A DNA stretch of 64,000 nt. It comes from Leucoraja ocellata (taxonomy: Eukaryota). The translations under genes were made by a program, and so were the position numbers. The stretch's first letter is position 1. Every line of letters starts with the position of its first letter. Under the pieces are notes generated by a model. That model was given only the letters and a program-made list of their open reading frames with translations. It was not told the origin of the DNA and searched no databases. Location of the stretch: the NCBI GenBank assembly GCA_036785375.1, contig JAWMAR010000531.1:992001-1056000 (forward strand), in the 5' to 3' direction. Shown here piece by piece: positions 11,851 through 25,700 of this stretch.

Positions 11851-12844
11851 GTAAGTAAAATATATTCTTCGAACAGCGCGCTGTTTTCTTTTTATTTTAA
11901 TGCAGATATTGCTTGATTTAATGTCCTGAGTTCACAGGATACGTGATTGGGCCAGTTGTATTTCAGTGCAGATGGTGCGATCTTGCTGTACAGATGTTCC
12001 GAGTTCACTTGGACATAACTCAGTGAAATGACTGGGAAAGCGAGCTAATGCTTTGTCTTGAGCTTCGTTCAATAAATTGCGGAAATATTTGCAGTGATTA
12101 TCCAGATATGAAAGGAAACTGCTTGGGTAACGGGGTTCACCAACGTCAATATTCAACACTGTCAAAAATCCGGTTGACGGGTTGAACAAGGATATCAAAA
12201 TGCCAAATGCGAAAGGAGAAAGTTTCGATAATTTCCTTCAGAAATTGTGTTTAATACGTAGAGCAGCTTTTCGTGGACGCAGCCGTGTATTTCAAATTTA
12301 AATGAACATTCGAACTACAATGTAATTCTTGCTTGTGAACTATATCTGCGAATCGGTGACCGTGGCCTTCGAAGACTAGTTTCCATATATTTTTGCCGAA
12401 CTTAAATAGCGTCACCCTCCATCTCAATGGTGCCGACAATTAAATAAGTTTAAATCTGTTATTATAAATGTCGCGACCGCGAATCGTTTATATCTGCTGA
12501 TATATTTAAATAAATGTAAATCCGGCAATGTGTAGTAAAATGAACATTATAAAAGTTATAATAATGTATTCAGTTTTATAAAATACTGCAGCCATGATCT
12601 ATCACAGATGGTTTCCCGGTGTTTATACAGAGGGTAGACAGGATCTATTTTAGTTGCTTTCACGCACTTTATTTATTGTTCACCCAATTAAAATAAACAC
12701 ATTATAATGGTTTGAAAATGGTCGAGAATAAAACGACATTTCTATAAATGAATAAATGAGTGCTTTAATGAGATGTATTTTCGGTAAATAATGATATCTC
12801 AACGACAGCATTTCTCCAATTAAATGTGACTTCTTATTAAACAG

Positions 12845-13167
12845 ATCCTCGGGCACCGATCGTGACGGTCCTGCCGCCTTCAGCCGATGAAGTTACCTCA
12901 AAGGGCACAGCCACCCTGGTGTGTTTGGTGAACGGCTTTAATCCGGGCTCGGTCGCCGTTGAGTGGAACGTCGACGGCAGTGCAAAAAATAGCGACGTTG
13001 AGACCAGCCCGATCCAGCAGGATAAGGACAACACGTTCAGTCTCAGCAGTTACCTGACTCTGACAGCCTCAGACTGGAACTTACACGACCTTTACTCCTG
13101 TGTGGTTAAACACCAGGCTCAGGCAAACCCACTTAAGACAACTATCGAGAGATCCAGCTGTATCTGA
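12845..13167 (+). CDS. IGLC: IgL cluster 1 constant exon (type II/lambda)
   Basis: aaacag|AT; DPRAPIVTVLPPS...ATLVCLVNGFNPG...W...YSCVVKH...RSSCI*; C1-set Ig domain with penultimate Cys; resembles shark type II/lambda C. Confidence 0.96.
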
Positions 13168-13432
13168 TGTTGGAAACGTGAGGCTGACCTGACTAAGTTA
13201 GTTTATCATCATTGGGTTCGTTCATGTGACAAAGTTAGTAATGTATTGGACTTCGGTGTTTTCGCTCAGAAATGCCATTTGTAGTTGAAACTTCGATTTT
13301 TATGACTTGTTCACTTTAAATGTAGTTCTTTCGAAAGAATGTCGTTCTTGAATGAAGCATCAAATAGATTCAATTGCGTTATCCAACAGCATGGATGTTG
13401 TTATTGTACCCATGGTATCTTTGTAGCCGTTG

Positions 13433-13438
13433 AATAAA
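13433..13438 (+). terminator. Cluster 1 polyadenylation signal
   Basis: AATAAA about 265 nt after the stop; same position in cluster 2. Confidence 0.75.
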
Positions 13439-15199
13439 GTTTAAAAAACGCATTTCAAATGCATTGTTGATTCCCTCAGTTTTATTTGTGACCCGAACCA
13501 TGATGGCTTAACACGGGTTGTGTTGTCTCGTAGATCTGAGATACCAACACTGATTTTGATTCTCTATTTCGATCACTAATTACAATCGTACAACAGTCGT
13601 GGGCCACTCGTCCATTTATACCACGCGTTCTACAGCGCTTTGTCAGTTCTTGTGCAACATGAATCAGACAAAGAACCGTACAAACCAAGCAGGGCAAACG
13701 TGGTCTTAAACCCCAAAATATCACAGAAATAAACAGAAATTACTATTAATACTCAGTAAGTCGGGCGGTATGTGGGAAGTGAGAAATAGATTGGACGTTT
13801 CAGGCTGTTTAAAAAAATAAATAAAACAAACGTCCCTGCCAGCCTCGTGCGTTCAGGGTTTGTTAAATATGTCTTTGTTCATAATGTGCCCGGTTACATA
13901 ATTAAATAAAATACGTGTGCATACGTGGAAATCAGGAAATTTGGAAACGCCATTAATTCCCAACATATCAGCAGGTTTCTGTAAACTGATGGGTTGTTCG
14001 CACCTGCACTTTACACCCCTCGCACTAAGCATGGCACCTCCATCCTTCATCACAGAAGGCCGTGACTTTCACACTAATCGGTGACGGGGTTTGTATTTAA
14101 ATATTTACAATCATTAAACTTTATTTCTTCTTTATTTCTTCTGATTGTCAGCTTTAAAGAAACGGAGTGATTATTGGCGTTAGCAGAACTGCCACTGAGT
14201 TTGTATGTGGCGTGCACGTGTCTCACGGTGGTATTACACTAGAACTGGGCAACAACACTCTCAATAAAGCAGGATAATATCTACAGAAAAATGCGATGAA
14301 TGCACGGCAGCTTCATATAGACCACGTGCAGAAAGAGAGAGAGAGAGAGAGGGGAGGGGGGAGAGAGAATAGGACGGGGGCGGGGTTAATAGCGAACAAT
14401 GAGGGAACTATATGCTATAGTTAGAGGACAATCAGTCCCGGACAAACCCCTGACCTCTGTCACAAATCGCTTTTCACTTATTCCAAGCTTTATTACCAAT
14501 TATTTTCACGTTACATGAGCAACCTGGGCTTAAGTCTTAATGAATGGGAAGGAGCTGCAGATGCTGGTTTAAAGCAAAGATAAACACAAACATCTGGAGT
14601 AACTCAGCGGGTCAGAATGCATCTCTGGAGAAAAGGAATCGGTGACGTTTTGGGGCGAGACCCTTCTTCAGACTGTTTGAAGAAGGGTCTCGATCCGAAA
14701 TGTCACGTATTCATTTTCTCCAGAGATGCTGTCTGACCCGTTAATTTACTCCAGCTTTATGTGCCTTATTTTTCTAAATGATCCGTATTGTATGCATTAT
14801 TTGCTGATTCTAATAAATGGTCACATATCTGCAATTGCTCACCTGATCGTTAGTTATTTTGGAAATTCCTCTAAATCTGTAACTTGTAAATACTGAGCAT
14901 TCTTTCGCTCGGAACAAATTGGTCAATTGAAAAGCCTTGACTATGCCCCTCATTCAAATCACCATTATACCTTCCATGTTCAAAGGAACCAGTTCCGATT
15001 ACACGAGCTGCCATTATTATGCCCATTTTCTTCCCAATTTCTTCTGCTGCTTCTAATTTTTATGAAGGAGCCAACAGCAAAGATTTGAGTCTTCCCATCC
15101 TTGCCTTTTCCTTCCGTTCTCCTAGTGTCTTGGTTATCTATTGTGAACTGCACCTTTCCCAGGTGATCGATATCGGGTCTCATTTGTTCTGAATCTTTT

Positions 15200-16043
15200 C
15201 ATAGAAAAATAGAAACATTGATAATAGGCGCAGAGGAGGCCATTCGGCCCTTCGAGCCAGCACCACCATTCGGTGTGATCATGGCTGATCGTCCCCAATC
15301 AATAACCCGAGCCTTTTCTCTCCCCATATCCCTTGATTCCACTAGCCTCTAGAGCTCTATCTAACTCTCTCTTAAATCCATCCAGTGATTTGGCCTCCAG
15401 TGCCCTCTGTGGCAGGGAGTTCCACAAATTCACAACTCTCTTGGAGAAAAAGTTTTTCTCACCTCTGTCTTAAATGGCCTCCCCTTTATTCTAAGACTCT
15501 GGCCCCTGGTTCTGGACTTGCCCCGCGTTGGGAACATTTTTCCTGCATCTAGCTTGTCCAGTCCTTTTATAATTTTATATGTTTCTAAACTCCAGTGAAT
15601 ACAAGCCTAGTCTTTTCAATCTTTCCTCATAGGACACTCCCGCCATCCCAGGGGTCAATCTCGTTAACCTACGCTGCACTGCCTCAATCACAAGGATATC
15701 CTTCCTCAAATTAGATCGAAACAGCACACAATACTCCAGATGTGGTCTTACCAGAGCTCTATACAACTGCAGAAGAACCTCTTTACTCCTATACTGAAAT
15801 CCTCTTGTTATGAAGGCCAACATTCCATTAGCTTTCTTCACTGCCTGCTGTACCTGCACGCCAACTTTCAGTGACTGGTGTACAAGGGCGCCCACGTCTC
15901 GCTGCACATCCCCTTTACCTAACCTAACCCCATAGAGATAATAATATTTTCCCTTGTTGTTGTCGCCAAAGTGGATAACCTCACATGTATCTATATTATA
16001 CTGCACCTGCCACGCATCTGCCCACTCACTCAACCTGCCCAGG
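15200..16043 (-). mobile_element. CR1 3' fragment
   Basis: ORF 15575-16033 is the CR1 C-terminal region. Confidence 0.9.
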
Positions 16044-16900
16044 CAGGGCCGGCCTTAGGGTGTGCGGGGCCCAATTGGGAACAATTTTAGTGGGCCCCAG
16101 GTTCCCAGCCAAGGTGTGTCAGCCCTGTTATTTAGTATATTTTATGAAATTGTACACTAGGTGCTATGGATTATACACGGTGTGAATCTCTCCTGCTCCC
16201 TCCCGTTTGACTGTCAGTAGCTCCACTGGCTTCCAACCTTTACCGTAGCAGTTAATTACCATAAAACTGCATTATGTGCTTGGACACAATGCCCTTGGAG
16301 ACAGCGGTTGATTGGACGGGAGGAGACCGAATTGTTGATTGGACGGGAATTGTAAGGCAAGCTGGTTGGTGATTGGACGCAACCACTTTAGAGACAGCGA
16401 TTGATTGGCCACCAAATAATCGGGCACAAATTGACAAATAGGAAAATAATAAAATCGCTGGTTGGTGCGAACTCAGTAAACTATCTGCGCTGTATCTCCA
16501 AACTAAACAGTCTAACATGCAGGTACATTCATTACAATACAATATAGTGATTATTTCACATAATTTCTCACTGTATCTGATCAATCTCTGTTTAAGATGT
16601 TCGGTCTGCCTTCGGCATTGACCCTGAACTAAAAACCTAAACCAGACTCAATTGTATCATCACATTGTTCTCAGTAAACTCACACATCTCTGCATTCAGG
16701 AGGCTGCTGTGGTTGGAATCACTGGCTCTGAGACCAGAGTGGGTAAAGCGACCTGAGATCAATACATAAGATGATAGCTCTTCTCAATAAAAAAAAACTG
16801 TGACGTTTTTCACTCTAACCATGATGGCTAGAGCTTCATTGCAAGGTGATCTATGACCTCACTAAGTAAATATTGTCGTAACGCTCAGTTGAGGTCAAAT
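16044..16900. mobile_element. Probable hAT-type DNA transposon end (truncated)
   Basis: Begins CAGGGCCGGCCTTAG exactly where the CR1 breaks off; subterminal GATTGG repeats; second TIR not found. Confidence 0.4.
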
Positions 16901-16914
16901 GAAGAAGATATCAA

Positions 16915-18450
16915 CCATGTAACCATAACAATTACAGGCCATCTCGGCCCTTCAAGTCCGTGCCGAACACTTATTCTCACCTAGTCCCATCTACCTGCAC
17001 TCAGACCATACCCTCCATCCCTTTCCCGTCCATGAACCTATCCAATTTATTTTTAAATGATAAAATCGAACCTGCCTCCACCAGTTGCACTGGAAGCTCA
17101 TTCCACACAGCTACCACTCTCTGAGAAAAGAAGTTCCCCCTCATGTTACCCCTAAACTTCTGTCCCTTAATTCTCAAGTCATGTCCTCTTGTTTGAATCT
17201 TCCCTACTCTCAATGAGGAAATCCTTATCCACGTCAACTCTGTCTACCCCTCTCATCATTTTAAAGACCTCTATCAAGTCCCCCCTTAACCTTCTGCGCT
17301 CCAAAGAATAAAGACCTAACTTGTTCAACCTTTCTCTGTAACTTAGTTGCTGAAACCCAGGCAACATTTTAGTAAATCTCCTCTGTGCTCTCTCTCTATT
17401 TTGTTGACATCGTTCCTATAATTAGGCGACCAAAATTGTGCACCATACTCCAAAATTGCCCTCACCAATGCCTTGTACAATTTTAACATTACATCCCATC
17501 TTCTATACTCAATGCTCTGATGTATAAAGGCCAGCACACCAAAAGCTTTCTTTAACACCCCATTTACATGAGATTCCACCTTCAGGGAACTATGCACAGT
17601 TATACCTAGATCCCTCTGTTCAACTGCATTCCTCAATTTGCTACCATTTACCATGTACGTCCTACTTTGATTTGTCCTGTCAAGATGTAGCGCCTCACAG
17701 TTATCAGCATTAAACTCCATCTGCCATCTTTCAGCCCACTCTTCCAAATGGCCTAAATCTCTCTGTAGACTTTGAAAAACGACTTCATTATCCACAACAC
17801 CACCTATCTTAGTATCATGTGCATACTTACTAATCCAATTTATCCAGATCATTGATGTACATGACAAACAACAGTGGACCCAACACAGATCCCTGTGGCA
17901 CCCCACTGGTCACCGGCCACCAACCTGCCAAACAGCCATCCACCATTACTCTCAGGCATCTCTCATTCAGCCACTGTTGAATCCATCTTGCTACTCCACC
18001 ATTAATACCCAACAATTGAACCTTCTTAACCAACCTTCCATGAGGAACCTTGTCAACGGCCTTACTGAAATCCATATAGACACCATCCACTGCTTTACAC
18101 TCATGAATTGCCCTAGTAACCTCTTTAAAAAATTCAAGAAGATTAGTCAAACATGACCTTCCAGGCACAAATCCATGTTGACTGTTCCTAATCAGACCCT
18201 GCTTATCCAGATGCTTATATATATTATCTCTAAGTATCCTTTTCCATTAATTTGCCCACCACTGACTAACAGGTCTACAATTGCTAGATTCACTCTTAGA
18301 ACCCTTTTTAAACAATGGAACAACATGCGCAGTACGCCAATCCTCCGGCACTATCCCCGTTTCTAATGACATTTGAAATATTTCTGTCATGGCCCCGGCT
18401 ATTTCTACACTAACTTCCCTCAATGTCCTAGGGAATATCCTGTCAGGAAA
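16915..18450 (-). mobile_element. CR1 RT fragment
   Basis: ORFs 17001-18513 carry CR1 RT motifs; ATGGTT-type tail. Confidence 0.9.
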
Positions 18451-18704
18451 GACCTTGTTCGGTGGAGCCCATGGATGTGTCACTGAAAGCAGTGAAGAAG
18501 GCAATCTCCACACTGCTTGTCCCCGCGTTTAATGATGTGACTTAAATTACTTGAAATAAAAGTTGATTTCTCATTGTAACAAATGTCAAACGTTCTTCTG
18601 ATGAAAGAGAAATCAATACACTTCTTTCTCTAACCTTCCGTAATTCAGTCGACTTTTATTTAAAGTGGAAGATGCAAACATTGTCAATTCCATCTGGACT
18701 TCAT

Positions 18705-19033
18705 CCAGAGTGACTGGGGGTGTCCAGAACAAGGGGCCAAGTTTAAGAATAAGGGGTCGGCCATTTAGGACTGAGATGAGGAAACACCTTTTCACCCAGA
18801 ACGTTGTGAATCTGTGCAATTCTCTGCCACAGAAGGCAGTGGTGGACAATTCACTGGATGTTTTCAAGAGAGACTTAGATTTAGCTCATAGGGCTAACAG
18901 AATCAAGGGATATGGGGAGAAAGCAGGAACGGGGATACTGATTTTAGATGATCAGCCATGATCATATAGAATGGCGGTGCTGGCTCGAAGGGCCGAATGG
19001 CCTACTCCTGCACCTATGTTCTATGTTTCTATG
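18705..19033 (+). mobile_element. CR1 3' end
   Basis: FTQNVVNL..SLPQKAV and octamer tail. Confidence 0.85.
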
Positions 19034-19147
19034 ACTGATAGAAATGCATACTCCATTCTTGAAGGTATCTCGTGCGGGATTTGAAATCCCCGTCGTCATA
19101 ATGTACCAATAAAGATGCTCTGCTTCTTTCCATAGATTATCTGCTCT

Positions 19148-19490
19148 AGTTTAGTTTAATTTAGTGATATAGCACGGAAACAGGCCCTTCGGTCCACCAA
19201 GTCCACACCGACCAGCAATCCCCACACACAAACACTATCCCACACACACCAGTGACAATTTACATTTGTACCAAGCCACTTAACCTACAACCTGTACGTC
19301 TTTGGAGAGCGGGAGGAAACGGAAGATCTCGGAGAAAACCAATGCAGGTCACCGGGAGAACGTATAAACTCCGGACAGACAGCACCGTCATCTGTTTAGT
19401 TAAGTTGAGATACACAGCGCGGAAACAGGCCCTTCGGCCCACCGAGTCCGCACCGACCCCTGCATACTAACACTATCCTGCACACAGTTC
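19148..19490 (-). mobile_element. V-SINE (HE1-like) fragments, two in tandem
   Basis: V-domain-like GGTTTTCTCCGAGATCTTCCGTTTCCTCCC and (TAAAC)n tail. Confidence 0.7.
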
Positions 19491-19743
19491 TTCAGACTGA
19501 GTCAAGGGAGAGGGAATCTAGAGGCACGAAAAGATACAGAACAAACCCCAGAACATAATGATCTGTTCTGCACCTTTTCTCACCTCTAGTTTTCCTAATA
19601 ATATGGAAACCTTTGAACGGAGAAGGAACCGCAGATGCAGCCGTCACCGCAAAACGTCAATGATTCCGGGAATGCCGAGGCGACAAGGTGAGAGACAGGG
19701 TGTGAGAGAGCGTGAGAGAGCGCGAGAGAGACGAAATGGGAGC

Positions 19744-19787
<44 letters not shown>

Positions 19788-20300
19788 CTGTGTCTTTCTC
19801 AGCTCCAGTGGCTGAGAGGTTTTAAGTGGCCTTTCAAGGTTTTTTGGTGGAAGGAGAACGAAGAGAGGCAGAGGGGCTTCATAGTTTAACTTATTGTTGG
19901 ACTGTTGAAACTTTCCTGTTCTTTAAAAATGCCTCCACAAGTGTGAAAAGCCCTGAGATTTCTCTACATTGTCGAGGGAGCGGCTGCCATTGGCGGACTG
20001 CCAAGAGTGCCTGGAGAGCGAGGGTATGAAGTTTTCGGTGTCTTTGTCGTGTTTTTGGCACTGATTCTCTGCCCTAAAGTCATTTTGCACAGTGCGGCTG
20101 CCTGGCTTAATGTGAAGAAGGTGCTTTTGCGTTCGGCAAGACAAGGCGAGGTTTTCTCGGCAGTGGATTGAACTTGGATAATTTTCTACTTTCAGCTGGA
20201 GGACTTTGCTTTTTGAGGATTGCTTTGGACTGTGACTGTCCCTGGGAATTGATTTACTGAGCTGCTGGAGTGCCGGGAGCTGGTTTGTGCCTCTGCCTGG

Positions 20301-22705
20301 ATGGCGATGGCGGGGGCGCAGCAGAAGGCGAAGAGCTACGCAGTAGTGACATCAGCAGCGGAAGCGAGGACATCTGAACATGAGCCTCATGTTGACTTGG
20401 ACTGGGACAGTTTTGGTATCTCGGTTCAAACTGGGCCCCAGATATCCAGGGGATCAATTACGAAGGCTATGAATGCCCTTCTTGGTAGGGGGGCTATTGT
20501 CTCTTCCGAGCTCGAGAGGGGAAAGGTTGAGATGATATTGAAGAACCGGGAGGATGTGGCCACAGTGGTGGAGAGGGGGATTTCAGTGGGGAGGGGGGGG
20601 GGGTCCATATACAGGTGGACCCATGGGTGTCCAGGGTGAGACCGGTTCTCCTGCGGAGTTGCCCCACATGTATTCCGGATGCGACACTCATTCCACGCCT
20701 GTCTCAGATTGGGGAGGTGCGGTATAAGTGCTTTAGGCTCATGCACCCTGGGGGGGACCCGGAGGAAAAAGGGATTCTCAGTTTCAAAAGGAGGGTGTTT
20801 GTGAAGGTGGGGGAGGGGGAAGGTGATGAGGGGAGTTTCGAGGTGGAGTGTAGGGGTCTCCCCAGAACCGTGCGTTGGAGTTGGGGAAAGGCACGGTGTC
20901 ATGCGTGCGGTGGTTATGGACATCTCCGAAGGGAATGTCCTAATCAAGGGGTCGCTGCTAGAACTTCTCGCGCAGTGGCCCAGGAATGCACTGCTGGCCC
21001 ATCAGGGGTTGCTCGTCAGGTCTCGGAGGGGCGGGATGGAATCGCTGACCTGGCAGGGGCTACCGGCTCTGCCTCGGTGATCCGGGGCAGCGGGGATAGC
21101 CCTTCTGGGTCTGCAGTTTCAACCTTGGGGACCCAGGGAGCAAGGGCCCCCGCCCCCTACATCCTGAACCTGAGGGGGTGGCTGAAGGTGAGGCACAGGG
21201 TGAGGGGGGAGAGAAATGGGAGCAGCAGAAGAAGAAGAAGAATAAGCTGAAAAAGACCACCCAAGCGAGTCAAAAGCAAGCGGGTGTGCTACTGCCGAGT
21301 GCGGAGATCACCCAAGGGGCGCCTGTCAGCTCCAGGGGGGTCCAGAGTGAAACTGCCGTGGCCCAGCAAGGAGCTGAGGTGGCTCTGAAGGGGGTAGGGA
21401 AGGCAAAACGCGCGGGTGGTAAGGAGGCGGGGAGTAGTGTGGAGGAGGAAGACCCTCTCCTTAGGGAGGTTACCACCGCCGCATGCTAGTGGGACAAAAA
21501 GGAGGATTGGGCCTGGTGAGGAAGAGCAGGGACGTGAGTCCAAAGTTAGGGGGGTGGATTTTTCCAGATCTTCCACCACCGATGTGGTTGGAGGTCAGGT
21601 AATGACGTCGTCTGGGTTGGAGGTTGAGCATCCACCTCGGGGATCTCTCGAGGATACCACAGGGTCAGGTGAGGGGGTAGACCCCTCTGGAGTTGTGTCC
21701 TCTGGGCTGGGGGATGTTCTTTTGTCTCAGAGGCCCTCCGAGGGGGGGATCTCATCGTGTGTTGATCTTGGCTCCCCTGGGTGTGTGTCTTCTGGGTCGG
21801 AGGAGGTCCCTTCGTTTCAGAGGCCTACTGAGGGTGTTCGCACACAGGAGGGTGGGGTAAGCTCCCCTGGTAGTGCGGACCCTGAGACGGGGGATGTGCA
21901 GAGTCAGACCAAGGGGGGGGGGGGGTCGGGGGGAGTGGTGTTCCAATCAGTGCTCAATTTGAGAGCCAATGGTGGTTCTGAGGTGTATATTGTATTGCCG
22001 GCTGATTTAGCAGGGGAGGGGAAAAAATCTAGTGGAGAGCCTCTGGGTGTTGCCAGTGGAGGGGGTACTTTCGGTGCTGTGGAGGTCGGAGTTACTTCAG
22101 GCAGCGACCTTCTTTCAGATTCTGGGGGTGCCAGTTTACCACAGACCCTGGGGGTGCCTCTTATTTTCTCTTCCCCAGACCCAGATATAGAGGGTGAGGA
22201 CAGAGCGCAGGAGCCCAGCCAGTCAGTGGGCTGCGTGATGCGGAGAGGGGCTTCGGGACCCTTCCCCGGCATTGATCCTGGGGGTGGTGTCATGTCGGAG
22301 GAGAGAGAGAGTGGTGGGGCCGATTTGTGTGGAGGGGTTGGCGAAATTCCAGAGAGCTCTGGTTTTTCGAATTCTGAAAATGGCCTTGGGGATGCTGAGC
22401 GTGTTGTGTCAGGTGCGAGTAACTTGGACGATAGCCCAGGACCCAGGGTCGAGTCTCATGAAATTGTTATCTGTGAAGTGAGGGAATTTTTAAAAACAAG
22501 CCGCACTAATAGAACAAGGTTAGAGGCGGCTAAGAGACGGTGGGCTGATCTGTCGTCCTTAGTTAAAACTCTCGAGACTATCCTTGCGACCAAGGATAGT
22601 GATCTTCTTGGCTCTGAGCAGTGTCAGTTTAGGGACTTTTTGGAGTTCCTAAAAAGAGAGGGGGCTACAGAGCCCAGGAGGAGAAGTATGAGGATTTCAA
22701 TTTAA
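20301..22705 (+). pseudogene. Tx1 ORF1 (gag-like), frameshifted
   Basis: N-terminal KSYAVV motif; zinc knuckle CHACGGYGHLRREC (CX2CX4HX4C); split over four ORFs. Confidence 0.8.
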
Positions 22706-25700
22706 TGTACCAGTGCATTCACGTTAGCTACCCTAAACTTAAACGGGAGTAGAGCGAGTTTTCGCAGGTTCCAGCTTTTATCGGTCCTTAGAGAGGGGAA
22801 ATTTGCAATGTTTTCTGCAGGAGACGCATACTGTTGTCAAGGATGAACCCACTTGGAGGTTGGAGTGGGAAGGAGAGGTCTATATGAGTCATCTTAGCTC
22901 AATTTCGAGTGGGGTGGCCATTCTGTTGGCTCAGAATTTCCTGCCCAATATTATAAAAGTGCAAGAAGTTGTGCCAGGATGTTTGCTCCATCTGGCCGTG
23001 AGCCTGGATGGCATGCCGTTGCATTTCATTAACGTGTATGCCCCCAGCTCTGGCACGATGCAGGCCGGCCTAATTCAGGAAGTGAATGCTCTGTTGAGCA
23101 CTATTGATCGGGGAGAGTGTGTCTTCCTTGGGGGGGACTTTAACTGCACACTTGAGGTGCGAGATCGTTCTGGTACTCAGTGTGCTCCTGCTGTAGCAAA
23201 GAAGCTGAGAGGGTTGATTGATTCTTTTGAGTTGGTTGATGCGTGGCGGGACCTCAACCCAGACTCCACTGCTTTTTCGCGGAGGTCTGAGGGCGGTGGT
23301 TCCCGCATTGATCGAATATATATCTCCCGAGCGTTTGTTTCCCGTGTCTCAGCGGCCTCAATGCAGATGGTGCCATGCTCGGACCACTGTCTGGTGCGTG
23401 TGGATTTTAATCCAGCACGCGTTCGGGCTGGGTTTGCGTACTGGCACTTTAATAACCGGCTGCTGGAGGATCGGTGTTTCCGGGAGTCATTCACTCGGTT
23501 TTGGGTGTGGTGGAGAGAGAGGCAGAGATGCTTCTCTTCCCTAAGGCAGTGGTGGGATGTGGGAAAAGTTCACATCCGTATTTTTTGTAAGGAATACACG
23601 TGGGGGTCGACCGGGCGGCGGGACTCAGCGGTTGAGAAGCTTGAGAGGGAGCTGATGGACGCAGAGTCTCGCCTGGGTCAGGCTGGAGGTGACTCTTGCG
23701 AATGGGGTGTGTTTCATGAGAAGAAGGAAGCCTTGAGGTACCTGCAACTTGAGCGGTCCCGAGGCGCTTATGTGAGAGCGCGGGTCCAGATGCTGCATGA
23801 TCTGGATCGAGCATCGCCCTTCTTTTTCTCTCTGGAGAAAGGGCGGGGAGCCCGCAAGCAGCTCGTGGAGCTGCTCGCAGATGATGGCTCCTCTGTCACA
23901 GATCCGGAGAGGATTAGTGCCTTGGTCAGGTCCTTTTATGGTTCCCTGTTCTCCGCAGGTGGAGTCAGCGGGGAAGCTCAGCAGGACCTGTGGGAGAGTC
24001 TACCGGTTATAGATAGGGAGGTGGCCGATCTTCTTGATGGCCCTTTATCTTTGGAGGAGTTGACTTGTGCACTGCATCAGCTCAGGAGGGGTAAGTCCCC
24101 CGGGCTGGATGGGCTGACGGTAGAGTTTGTAAGAGCCTTCTGGGTTATCCTGGGGGGTGATTACATGTTGGTTCTGGGGGAGAGCCTGGCGACAGGGGAG
24201 ATGCCCCTTTCGTGGCGTCGAGCAGTGGTTGTCCTGCTGCCCAAGAAGGGGGAACTCCGCCTGCTGAAAAACTGGCGCCCGGTCTCTCTCCTATGCACAG
24301 AGTATAAAGTATTTGCACGGGCGATGGCAAATCTCCTGGGCTCTGTGCTGTCTCAGCTGATTCACCATGACCAGTCTTACACAGTCCCTGTTCGGTCAAT
24401 TCAGGATAACATCCACCTGGTTAGGGGCCTGATTCATCTAGCACAGGGAACTGGTCAGTCAGCGGCGTTTCTGTCTCTTGATCAGGAGATCATCAGCTTT
24501 TGATAGGGTAGAGCATGAATACCTGTTCGGAACGTTGCAAGCGTTTGGATTTGGACCGCATTTTGTGGCCCGGGTCCACCTCTTGTATGCTGCAGCGGAG
24601 TGCCTTGTGAAGGTTAATGGTGCGTTGTTGGTTCCCTTTCGTTTTGGGAGGGGGGTCCATTAGGGGTGCCCCATGTCAGGTCAGTTGTACTCGGTCTGTG
24701 TGGAGCCATTCCTGTGTCTTCTTCGGAGGAGGTTGACAGGCCTGGCCCTACCGGGCCCAGGGGTGGAGTTGGTTCTTTCGGCCTATGCCGATGATGTACT
24801 CCTTATGTTCACCGATCCTGGTGACCTGCGGAGGATGCGTGATTGCCAGAAGATTTTCTCGGATGCATCTTCTGCCAGGATTAATTGGAGCAAGTGCTCT
24901 GGACTTTTAGTGGGTCAGTGGCAGGTGGACCCCCTGCCAGAGGAGATGGCAATGTTTGCGTGGAGCACCACGCACCTCCTCTATCTGGGGGTGTACCTGA
25001 GTCCCACTGAGGATGCTTGGCCGGCAAATTGGCAGGAGTTGGAGACGAAAGTGGTTGCCAGGCTGGGGCGCTGGTCAGGCCTGCTTGGAGTTCTTTCTTT
25101 TCAGGGGAGGGTGTTGGTCATAAACCAGCTGGTGGCCTCCATGTTATGGTACCGGCTGGCTACTCTTGTCCCACCTCCCACTTTTGTAAATGCTTTACAG
25201 ATGAAGCTGGTGGACTTCTTTTGGGGAAATAGGAAGCACTGAGTTTCCGCAGCTGTCCTGAGCCTCCCGTTAGAGGAGGGCGGCCAGTCCTTGGTATGCG
25301 TGCGTACCCAGGTGGCGGCTCTCCGCCTCAGGACTCTGAGGAGGTATATGTATATAGAGAACCCCCCCAGATGGCACGTTTTGGCCACGTATTTTTTCCG
25401 ACGGGGTCGTTGTCTAAGGGGGGTCTCGCGGCTCCCGGTGGCGGGCATCAGTCGACCCGCCCTAAGGGGCTTGCCTGTTTTCTACCGGGATGTGTTAAGA
25501 GTGAGGAATCTGGTTGTTTTCAGCCAGCGTGTTGCTCCACGAGGGGAGGGGGATGGTTGCGGCTGCGGGAGTGGCCAGTCCTCAACTAACCATGGCTGGT
25601 GTCGAGGAGAGGCGTGCGCCCAGAGTGGTTTTAAATGAGCCCTTACCTGCTCCGTCAGATCTGCTCATTGGGCCTCGGTTCCGGGATATATCCCAGGCAC

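Larger units (their letters stand above)
6650..13185. repeat. Segmental duplication, inverted copy at about 46800-53160
   Basis: Colinear unique and TE sequence shared with cluster 3 from 5' flank to C exon. Confidence 0.9.
12790..15720. repeat. Segmental duplication, inverted copy at about 27376-31010; partial direct copy at 1-1240
   Basis: C exon, 3'UTR and 3' flank near-identical to cluster 2. Confidence 0.9.

Noticed and set aside
11338-13167. Joined VJ as a processed retrocopy or as somatic B-cell rearrangement
   Set aside because: Introns and promoters are retained; four joined genes with equal CDR3 length and shared duplicated flanks fit germline joining
12845-13167. T-cell receptor or heavy-chain identity
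   Set aside because: Single C exon ending in Cys-X-stop with no transmembrane or secretory exons; light-chain V motifs
13853-14053. Near-identical small ORFs at 13853/29511 and 11046/48913
   Set aside because: Explained by recent segmental duplication; the 13853-type ORF is not kept open in the diverged cluster 3 flank
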